NCBI GenBank assembly: GCA_003152195.1
Contig: PLZN01000357.1
Location: forward strand, 37,457-87,112
Direction: 5' to 3'
Length of the DNA stretch: 49,656 nucleotides
Origin: Acidobacteriaceae bacterium
GTDB taxonomy: Bacteria > Acidobacteriota > Terriglobia > Terriglobales > Acidobacteriaceae
The position numbers and the translations under genes were made by a program. Under the pieces are notes generated by a model. That model searched no databases. It worked only from the letters and a program-made list of their open reading frames with translations, and was not told the origin of the DNA. The first letter of the stretch is position 1; each line of letters begins with the position of its first letter. Of the stretch, positions 26,211 through 33,341 are shown piece after piece.

Positions 26211-26322
26211 TCCCGATCTCCTGCCACGCAGCACCTGGACAGATCCGCGTGCGAGCCTTTCATTAAGGAAAGGCGCATGAAACGTACCAGCACCACCAAC
26301 CTCCACAGGAGATCGGGATGAG
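26211..26322 (+). promoter_or_regulatory. 12-bp long-range inverted repeat covering the SD/ATG of gene 26318, plus a coupled 14-codon leader ORF
   Basis: tcccgatctcct (26211-26222) is the exact reverse complement of aggagatcggga (26307-26318). The ORF atg aaa cgt ... gga tga (26277-26321) has its own SD (aaggaaagg), and its stop overlaps the downstream ATG (ATGA). Confidence 0.4.
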
Positions 26323-26884
26323 CAGAGGCCAATCCACGCAAGCATTCAACACGGGGTCGGACGAGAACGCAACCAACTTTGGCAACGCGCAATCGGCCTT
26401 CGGCTCGACGGACAATGCCATCGGCAACTACAACAACCAGCTGGCAAATTTCGTCTCCGGCAATCCCTATACAAAGGGAGGCGAGTACGACCAGACCATC
26501 AACACTGGCCTGGCGAATGTATCCGATGCGGGCGCGAACTCGCTCCAGGGTGCGCTGCAATCGCAGGCCCGGCGAACGGGCCAGAACAGCGCCGCCGATG
26601 CGGCGACGGCGGCTGCCGAAGCGCAGCAGAGCACGCGTGACTTATCCAGCGACTTAGCCAATGCTCAGCAGAAGCGCATCGCCGGCGAGGCCGGCTACAA
26701 CCAAACGGCGCTGGGCGCATCCGCGTTGCCTATCCAAGCGAACCAGGCGCTCTACGGCACATCTTCGAATGCGGCTGAAACCGATTTGGGCGACGAAGCC
26801 CACGCGGCACAAACGCCCAGCTTCTGGGATGAAGTTGGCAACAGCGTTGCCGGCAACCTGGGCAAGGCTGCAGGAAAACTATAG
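26318..26884 (+). CDS. Low-complexity Gln/Asn/Ala-rich protein (internal virion/ejection-protein-like)
   Basis: 188 aa. Its composition and its position after the tail genes suggest this role. No domain recognised. Confidence 0.5.
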   Translation: MSRGQSTQAFNTGSDENATNFGNAQSAFGSTDNAIGNYNNQLANFVSGNPYTKGGEYDQTINTGLANVSDAGANSLQGALQSQARRTGQNSAADAATAAAEAQQSTRDLSSDLANAQQKRIAGEAGYNQTALGASALPIQANQALYGTSSNAAETDLGDEAHAAQTPSFWDEVGNSVAGNLGKAAGKL

Positions 26885-26886
26885 CG

Positions 26887-27321
26887 ATGGCCAACGATCA
26901 GGATTACAGCACTTTTGTTTCCGGTGAAGAGGAAGCAAGCAGGCTACTCCGAAAGATCCTGTCGCCGGCGGAGGCGCAGAGCCTGGTGCTGCCACCGCCC
27001 AACCACGCTCCCGTGAGCGGCCCGGGAGAATCCACTCCGCTGACCGGCAACCTGGCAAAGCCGCCCTCGCAGGCGACTCCGTCGCGGGCTCCTGCTTACG
27101 ATGAGGTCAAGCCGGCAACACCAGAGCAGAGTACGCCGGTGCGCAGCGGCCTGGCAGGATACTTCCTGAATGCGGCGGCACCCGTGGCGACACCTGACCG
27201 AAGCGGCGATCCCCAGTATGTGAAGGTTTCTTCACAAGGCCAGGTGGGTTATCTACCAAAGGCTAACCTTCGACTGGCTCAGCAGATAGATAGGAATCTC
27301 GAAGTGTTGGATGAGGGGTAA
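26887..27321 (+). CDS. Hypothetical Pro-rich protein
   Basis: ATG lies 2 nt after the previous stop. 144 aa. Confidence 0.5.
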   Translation: MANDQDYSTFVSGEEEASRLLRKILSPAEAQSLVLPPPNHAPVSGPGESTPLTGNLAKPPSQATPSRAPAYDEVKPATPEQSTPVRSGLAGYFLNAAAPVATPDRSGDPQYVKVSSQGQVGYLPKANLRLAQQIDRNLEVLDEG

Positions 27322-27400
27322 ACGGAGAAGGTGGCGACCTGAATGCGCGAGGCCCGACGCCTAGGTCGGGCCTCCGTGACAAGACACTTCTGGCTGCGGA

Positions 27401-27751
27401 CTACCGGTGATCCCCATCATGATGATCCCAATCGTGGTGGTCGCCGTGATCTTCATGGTCCCAGTGACCCTCATGGAGGGCCCAGCCCTGCTGGTAGTGA
27501 TCATAGTGCGGGTGGTTCCAATATGCTCCCGCGTAAGGCGGTCTCCGCCAAACTCCCGGGACCCACACATACCTTCCCCCTACGGGGTTCCAATATCCAT
27601 CGACCCAAGCGTAGCCCGGACCTGGTAGAGGAGGGCGCACCTCATAGCGAATCGGTGGTGGCGCAACGCCGATATATACACCAACGCCTGCAAAGGCCGG
27701 AGCCGTAAGTGCAGAAGCCAAGATCAAACTAGCTATCCATTTCGTCTTCAT
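27401..27751 (-). CDS. Secreted YXWGXW-repeat protein with His/Asp-rich C-terminus
   Basis: MKTKWIASLILASALTAPAFA signal peptide. GYAWVDGYWNPVGGRYVWVPGVW matches the YXWGXW repeat family. The tail is HEGHWDHEDHGDHHDWDHHDGDH. It is one of only two predicted minus-strand genes (with the small basic ORF at 28923-29045) inside the late block. Confidence 0.7.
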   Translation of the reverse strand: MKTKWIASLILASALTAPAFAGVGVYIGVAPPPIRYEVRPPLPGPGYAWVDGYWNPVGGRYVWVPGVWRRPPYAGAYWNHPHYDHYQQGWALHEGHWDHEDHGDHHDWDHHDGDHR

Positions 27752-27865
27752 CGTTCCCTCCGTACAAGTACCTTTCATACAGTGCTAACACGGCCTAAAG
27801 CGAGAGGTTTGCTACCCAAGTACGTCAGTAATCTAACTAAGCACTTAACTCCCAGGCAACCTTCT

Positions 27866-28876
27866 ATGAAAGCAACCATGGCGGCACATCCACTCCATAT
27901 GCTTGGCTTTGAGGCCATTGCTTCTCCGGAGCGAAGGAACTTTTGCTCGCTTGCCGAATTGGGGTTCGAACCCACCGTAACGCACACGATCGGTGCGCAG
28001 GCAGAGGTCGCGGCACGCAGAACAGCGCGCGAGCCACGCCTGTTGCCGCAGATGCAACAACTCATTGTGCGCCCGCAGGTGGAGGGCGCCATCGAACTCA
28101 ATTCTGGCCGCAAGATCGTGCAGCCAACGGATAACCCCGCGATCAACCAGGCGCTGGCCACCGCTGCGATGCCGGCATACAAGTCAAGGCTGGAAAAGGT
28201 GCTCAGGGATATCCCAGGTGCGACACTGGCGGCGACCCGCGATGCCAAGAAGCCCGCACGCCTGGCGGAGAAAATTTCCGGGCAGGGGCAGCCGGCAGAG
28301 ACGGTAAGCGACTACGGCGCAGCACAGGTCGCGGTCGATTCGCCGCAGGCGAAGAATGCGGTGGTGGCCGCCGTGAAGCAGCATTTTCCCGTGTTGCGGC
28401 AGCAGGACAACTTCGCCCTCGGCGATCCTGAATATCGCTATCGCAGCTACTCCCTCCAGGTGCAGATGCCCAATGGGGCATCGGAGGAACTACAGATCGT
28501 CCCGCGAGAAGTCTTCGAGGCAAACCAGCAGGAACACCACGACTACAAAAAAGCGCGCAATGCGGAGCTCGCGGGTAAGAGCGCCGGCCAGGTGAGGGCA
28601 GCCGCGCGGGCAATCAACGATGCGGCCATGGACCGATTCAACTCCAGAAATGGAGTTAGCAGCGCGGTCATTACCGCGCCTGGAAATTCCTGGGCGGATG
28701 GAGTGGTTAAGGGCTCCAGGGTAAGGTTGACCGACGGCACTCCGGCAAGAGTTGTCTACGTGGATCCGAACATGCGAATCGCGCGCGTGCGCACGGAAGA
28801 CGGACGTAACGTTACCCTGCGGAGGAAAGATCTGCGCGCCCCGGTAAATCGGGCGCGGCCCTCTGCGTCGCGTTGA
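27866..28876 (+). CDS. RelA/SpoT-homologue (RSH)-like nucleotidyltransferase-fold protein with a C-terminal SH3/KOW-like domain
   Basis: Four colinear blocks match small alarmone synthetases. TRDAKKPARLAEKI corresponds to R.Ks..S...K. VSDYGAAQVAV corresponds to i.D..G.R. GDPEYRYRSYSLQV corresponds to P...GYRS.H. EELQIVPREVF...EHHDYKK corresponds to vEiQirT......H..YK. Several catalytic positions are substituted. The start is uncertain (GTG 27782, ATG 27866 or 27878). Confidence 0.5.
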   Translation: MKATMAAHPLHMLGFEAIASPERRNFCSLAELGFEPTVTHTIGAQAEVAARRTAREPRLLPQMQQLIVRPQVEGAIELNSGRKIVQPTDNPAINQALATAAMPAYKSRLEKVLRDIPGATLAATRDAKKPARLAEKISGQGQPAETVSDYGAAQVAVDSPQAKNAVVAAVKQHFPVLRQQDNFALGDPEYRYRSYSLQVQMPNGASEELQIVPREVFEANQQEHHDYKKARNAELAGKSAGQVRAAARAINDAAMDRFNSRNGVSSAVITAPGNSWADGVVKGSRVRLTDGTPARVVYVDPNMRIARVRTEDGRNVTLRRKDLRAPVNRARPSASR

Positions 28877-28922
28877 CGGCGAGCCGCTGCAATAGAATTT
28901 GTTTGCGATCAGCCCTTCGCGG

Positions 28923-29045
28923 TCATACCTTCGGGGGCGGCCCACCGAGGCGGGTGTCTTCCCCGCGCTTGCGTCCAGGCTCTACTTTGGGCTTAGGTTT
29001 AGGTGCCTTCTTCGTTTCGCGCTTGCCTTTGTCTTTGCTTCCCAT
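28923..29045 (-). CDS. Very small basic protein (40 aa), doubtful
   Basis: MGSKDKGKRETKKAPKPKPKVEPGRKRGED... This Lys-rich mini-ORF could be spurious. Confidence 0.3.
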   Translation of the reverse strand: MGSKDKGKRETKKAPKPKPKVEPGRKRGEDTRLGGPPPKV

Positions 29046-29150
29046 GAAAGCAAATATTACACAAATAGCTTGGCAAAGCGAGATGCTGCCACCTCGCCGT
29101 ACCCCCCAAGGTCCGTCCAACAAAGAAATTCCAGATAAGGACTCTTCAAG

Positions 29151-29468
29151 ATGAGCAAGCAGCCCAGGTCAGCAGGAAACCAGGCCCCTCTTTGGGAGGA
29201 AACCGAGGAGGAAGTGGGCAAGGGTCGTCCCGTGCCCTGGCCGGAGGTCGGCCGCGATCAGATCCTGGGCAGGTATTGGGAGTTGGCCAACCTGGATCCG
29301 GAGGAGACCAAAGGAAACATCACGGGGCAGATCAAGGCGCTCGATTCGATTTGTGAGCAGCTGCCTCTGGTTCCAGTTGAGAAGCATAAGCGCGTACGCA
29401 CGCTGGATGTTTACCAGGCGGGATGGATGAACAGGTCCCGAGGGGAAAGTCAATCGGAAAAAACTTGA
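29151..29468 (+). CDS. Terminase small subunit candidate
   Basis: 105 aa, directly upstream of TerL. The segment ILGRYWELANLDPEETKGNITGQIKALDSICEQL resembles TerS helical cores. Called mostly from position. Confidence 0.45.
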   Translation: MSKQPRSAGNQAPLWEETEEEVGKGRPVPWPEVGRDQILGRYWELANLDPEETKGNITGQIKALDSICEQLPLVPVEKHKRVRTLDVYQAGWMNRSRGESQSEKT

Positions 29469-29614
29469 TTTATCCCACGTACGCCGACGAGGGTGTTAAG
29501 AAACCGGTCCTGACGGCGTGGAAGGGCAGGGACGGTTGGCATGGCAAACCGGACGGGTGCCCCACCTGGCTTTGCTGCAAGAACAAACCATCTTTGCCCT
29601 GTCGATAGACCGTC

Positions 29615-31201
29615 ATGACCACATTTGATGAGGAGACTGTCTATCGCTGGATGCCAGCCACGGCCGCGCAACAAGCAGCACTCGATTCGGAAGCGGACAT
29701 CCTGCTCTTCGGAGGTTCTGCCGGGTCGCTCAAAACCGAGACCATGTTGATGGACGCGGTGCAGGAATACGAAAACCCCAACCTGCGCGCCATTGTTTTC
29801 CGCTCCTCCTTCGTGGAGATGACGGACATCGTCGACAAGACACGACGGCTCTACGCGCCCCTGGGCGGCGTCTTCGTCGGTTCTCCTAAATGGACGTGGA
29901 GCTTTCCTTCGGGGGCGACGATCCGCTTCGCTTACATGAAGACGGACGACGACGTGTGGAAGTACCTGGGGCCGCGCTATTCCTTCATTGGCTTTGACGA
30001 ATCGACGCTGCACACAGAAAAGCAAGTACGCAACATCCTGGGCCGCTTGAGCTCGACCGACGCGAGTCTGCGGCTGCGCATGAGGCTCACTTCAAATCCC
30101 GGCAATGTGGGCGCCTCCTGGCACCAGACGTTATTTCTGCGCGGCCACTGCCCGGTGCACAACCGGCACGACTCGTCGCAACCGGCCCAACTCTATCGTG
30201 ACCGCTGCTGGCCATCCGATGGAGCCGCAATACCCTTCTCCGTTGCCTTTATCCCGGGCAAACTTTCCGATCACAATCTATTGGACGTCCACTACACCAA
30301 GCGCCTGCACATGATGTCAGGCGGCGCAGCGGCAGCGATGGAGCAGGGTTGCTGGTGTACGCTCGAAGGGGCCTACTTCCCTTTTGTGCATGCAGGCATC
30401 GTGCGCCCGTTGGCCGAGGCCGGCGTGGAGTGGTGGCACAACCACTTCCTCTCCATCGATTATGGCTATGGGAAGTCCTCTTCCTCGGTGGGGCTTTACG
30501 TCCGCGGTCCAGCGGAGGTGCGGCAGAAGGTAGAGATACACGGCGTCGATTCGCGCCTGCTGGAGCGGGATGATGGCCCGGAGTTTCCTGAAGGGCGTAT
30601 CCGCAAGATCGGCGAGCTGGTGGTGCCCCACGTGCCCGCGTATGAGCTGGCAAAGATGGTGGTGGATGCCTTTATCAAGCCCGATGAAAACGGGCAGAGG
30701 CGGCGCATTGTGGCCGCCTATCTTGACCCTGCCAACTTCAAGGAGATCGGCGACGGCCATACCATTGCCGACCAGATCAACGAGGTTCTGGAGCCGTGGG
30801 AGATCGTCTGCGAGCGGGCATCGAATGATAGGCTGGGCGGGTGGCAGTTGCTTTACCGGATGCTGCGCACGGGCGAGTTCGAGATCACCGATGTGTGCCC
30901 GCGGAGCTTTGAAGCCCTGCGCACACGCATGCATGACGATACAAGGCCCGGAGACATTCGCAAGATTGCGGGCGATCCGCTGGACGACGTTGCCGATGAG
31001 ACACGGTACGCGCTGTACACCTTTATTCAGCAGGCGACGCAGCCGCGAGAGTTGATGCTCCAGCACGCAGTGCGTGGGCTTGATTTGGGATCCGCTGCGA
31101 TCCGCTGGCAGCAGAAGGCAGAAGAGCTGGACCGTGAAGAGGCGCCGATCCGCACCACGGGTAGGATGGGGTTGGGGCGGCGGGGAGGCAGGCGGTTTTG
31201 A
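29615..31201 (+). CDS. terL: Terminase large subunit
   Basis: Walker A-like LLFGGSAGSLKTE, Walker B FIGFDEST, then a C-terminal nuclease-type region (…SIDYGYGKSSS… / …DDVADETRYALY). 528 aa. Confidence 0.85.
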   Translation: MTTFDEETVYRWMPATAAQQAALDSEADILLFGGSAGSLKTETMLMDAVQEYENPNLRAIVFRSSFVEMTDIVDKTRRLYAPLGGVFVGSPKWTWSFPSGATIRFAYMKTDDDVWKYLGPRYSFIGFDESTLHTEKQVRNILGRLSSTDASLRLRMRLTSNPGNVGASWHQTLFLRGHCPVHNRHDSSQPAQLYRDRCWPSDGAAIPFSVAFIPGKLSDHNLLDVHYTKRLHMMSGGAAAAMEQGCWCTLEGAYFPFVHAGIVRPLAEAGVEWWHNHFLSIDYGYGKSSSSVGLYVRGPAEVRQKVEIHGVDSRLLERDDGPEFPEGRIRKIGELVVPHVPAYELAKMVVDAFIKPDENGQRRRIVAAYLDPANFKEIGDGHTIADQINEVLEPWEIVCERASNDRLGGWQLLYRMLRTGEFEITDVCPRSFEALRTRMHDDTRPGDIRKIAGDPLDDVADETRYALYTFIQQATQPRELMLQHAVRGLDLGSAAIRWQQKAEELDREEAPIRTTGRMGLGRRGGRRF

Positions 31202-31288
31202 GTGGCGGGCTTGGTGTGTGCGGGGTCCGGGTAGTGATGCAGTTTGACAAAAGCTGCTAGAGTTCTATTCCCGAGTGCCGATAGGCTA

Positions 31289-31654
31289 TCAGGCTACGTT
31301 AAAAACCTTCGCCCCGGCGGGTGGAGAGAACTCATCGATTTCCTGTGCAATGCCAAACTGCACGGCTTCTGTAGCGGAAAGGTAGAGATCATGATGGTCA
31401 AGTTGAGCCCACAGATTATCTGGCCGGCCGGCGTTGTACAGCGTTAACTGAATCGGCAAAGATTTGAAAAAGCTATGGAGAAAAATTCCGTCGCTCACGC
31501 TTCCGCCAAGCGATTGAAATAGCAAATGAACATGCTCTACATTGTTGTTCATGCATACTGCCATGGTGCTACAAAGCTTATTGGCATTGTCCTGATTGAT
31601 TCCCCCACAAAAGAAGCCATAAACATCCGGTGGGAACGTTGATTCGTTTGCCAT
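31289..31654 (-). pseudogene. ClpP/crotonase-fold protease-like gene lacking the catalytic core (apparent internal deletion)
   Basis: ATG 31654 with SD aaggaag. The N-terminal half aligns with ClpP (…FFCGGINQDNANKL…LLFQSLGGSVSDGIFLHSFF…LTLYNAG). The sequence then jumps straight to the ClpP C-terminal helix (LYLSATEAVQFGIAQEI). About 85 aa holding the Ser-His-Asp residues are absent. Low-GC context. Confidence 0.45.
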
Positions 31655-31993
31655 CTGTCTTCCTTTAGCAAGCAGCATGAAGTCTATTGCCCAACCTATG
31701 GCGTGACCGCCGATCAGATAGGAAACGCAGAGCTTTGTGTCTGCGTCGATGGCCTTCAAGGTCCAAGCACTGCCCAACCCTCTTGTTTTTTCTCGACCGA
31801 TACGTTCTTCGCCTTACCCCCAAAGAACGCCCAAATTTCATTGCACTAAAAAACGATGGACGCGAAGCAGCAAGTTGAGCGCAGTACGCCTTGCGACGCC
31901 AGTCATTCGACAAGTTGCTCTAAGAGTGGCTCCCTCAACCAATGCCGCGATCGCTTGAACTCGCTTTGCTGTGGCGATTCGCTGGAAGGTCAC
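31655..31993 (-). pseudogene. Decayed DDE transposase remnant (HTH plus start of the catalytic domain)
   Basis: Three minus-strand frames carry successive pieces. The first is VTFQRIATAKRVQAIAALVEGATLRATCRMTGVARRTALNLLLR (HTH). The second is CNEIWAFFGGKAKNV. The third is WTLKAIDADTKLCVSYLIGGHAIGWAIDFM. The pattern L.EG.S.R....tgv...T...LL / DEIWsF..aK.kn / WtwtA.D.dsKL is typical of a transposase family often annotated as IS1/IS1595-like. The remnant is truncated at 31655. Confidence 0.5.
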
Positions 31994-32071
31994 TAAAAAG
32001 ATAGTACATTAATAACCGACAAACCGCAAATACTATTGTCCTTTTTATTTGAAATAAACTATATTTATCTC

Positions 32072-33232
32072 ATGTTATTTAAATCGGAGGACATTCGACA
32101 ATCCGAGAAGGAAGTAATCAGCAAGATCGAAGACGCTAGGAAAGCGCTGAAGTACAACTTGGCGACACCACGCCGATGGAGAGGGTTGCTTCGGCGCAAT
32201 ACTTTCGCTCGCGCCATACGTGGTTCAAACAGCATTGAGGGCTACAACGTTACGGCGGAAGATGCGATCGCCGCTGCCGAGGGAGAAGACCCGCTGGACG
32301 CAGACCGTGAGACATGGCTTGCGGTTACGGGGTACCGCACGGCGATGACCTTCGTCCTTCAGCTCGCGAAAGACCCGAATTTTGTCTACAGCGAGGGCTT
32401 CATTCGCAGCCTGCATTTCATAATGCTTCAGCATGACCTTAAGAAGAATCCAGGAAACTGGAGGCCCGGGACGGTTTATGTCAGGGATGAGGCACGGAAC
32501 GAAGTGGTGTATGAAGGCCCTGAGGTTGAGATGGTTCCTGGCCTAATCGAGGAATTGATCGAATACCTTAACGCCGAGGATGAACGCCCGCATGCGCTGA
32601 TTAAGGGAGCAATGGCACATCTCAACTTGGTGATGATTCACCCGTTTTCGGACGGTAATGGGCGTATGGCTCGCTGTTTACAAACGCTTGTACTGGCGCG
32701 TGAGGGAATACTGGAATCAGAGTTTTCCTCTATCGAGGAATATTTAGGACGAAACACGCAGGAATACTACAACGTTCTCGCCAAGACTGGGGAAGGCTCA
32801 TGGCACCCACGACACAGCACACGAGGGTGGATTCAGTTCAATTTAACGGCTCATTTTCGACAGGCAGTCACCTTACTCAATAGAACAAGACTAATCGACA
32901 TGCTTTGGCAAGAGATCGAGCAGATAATTGCTCGACAGGGACTTCCAGATCGTGTCACCTACGCGATTTGTGACGCAGCTATTGGCCACCGTGTACGAAA
33001 CGCCAGCTATCGTAATCTTGCGGAAGTAAACGACGTGACAGCCAGTCGTGATCTTAAAACAGCCGTTGATGCAGGCCTTCTGATTCCAATCGGTGAACGA
33101 AGAGGACGATTGTATGGCGGATCACCCCAGATAAGAGCAATATTCGACAAAATGAAGCGAGAACACATCAGACCGATACCCGATCCTTTTCTTCCAGAGG
33201 CGCAGCAATTGCTATTGCCTAATCCTTTGTAG
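32072..33232 (+). CDS. Fic family protein (class II, N-terminal inhibitory helix) with C-terminal winged-helix-like domain
   Basis: Canonical HPFSDGNGRMAR active-site loop. An upstream SNSIEG matches the [ST]xxxE[GN] auto-inhibition motif. The promoter region 31990-32070 is AT-rich. The ATG at 32072 is preferred to the TTG at 32036. Confidence 0.85.
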   Translation: MLFKSEDIRQSEKEVISKIEDARKALKYNLATPRRWRGLLRRNTFARAIRGSNSIEGYNVTAEDAIAAAEGEDPLDADRETWLAVTGYRTAMTFVLQLAKDPNFVYSEGFIRSLHFIMLQHDLKKNPGNWRPGTVYVRDEARNEVVYEGPEVEMVPGLIEELIEYLNAEDERPHALIKGAMAHLNLVMIHPFSDGNGRMARCLQTLVLAREGILESEFSSIEEYLGRNTQEYYNVLAKTGEGSWHPRHSTRGWIQFNLTAHFRQAVTLLNRTRLIDMLWQEIEQIIARQGLPDRVTYAICDAAIGHRVRNASYRNLAEVNDVTASRDLKTAVDAGLLIPIGERRGRLYGGSPQIRAIFDKMKREHIRPIPDPFLPEAQQLLLPNPL

Positions 33233-33341
33233 CTTCCCTCACGATCCGCGCAGCAGCTTGACTCACATCTTCGCTGGTCCTCTTTCTTGCGGCGTCGCGA
33301 TTCAGCGTCCCGTACTCGCCTGTACATATCATTCCCTCTCA

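Noticed and set aside
21500-27321. A tape-measure protein and a tail-assembly-chaperone frameshift, which would indicate a long-tailed phage.
   Set aside because: No long helical Ala/Gly/Lys-rich tape-measure-type ORF is present. No overlapping chaperone pair with a slippery site is present either. The 987-aa protein is beta-rich with repeats, which fits a short-tail nozzle or fibre protein better.
28923-29123. The 66-aa form of the minus-strand small basic ORF, and the overlapping + strand ORFs 28873-29154 and 28899-29138.
   Set aside because: Only the 40-aa Lys-rich core from the internal ATG looks at all gene-like, and it is retained at low confidence. The others are overlapping alternatives with no start signals.
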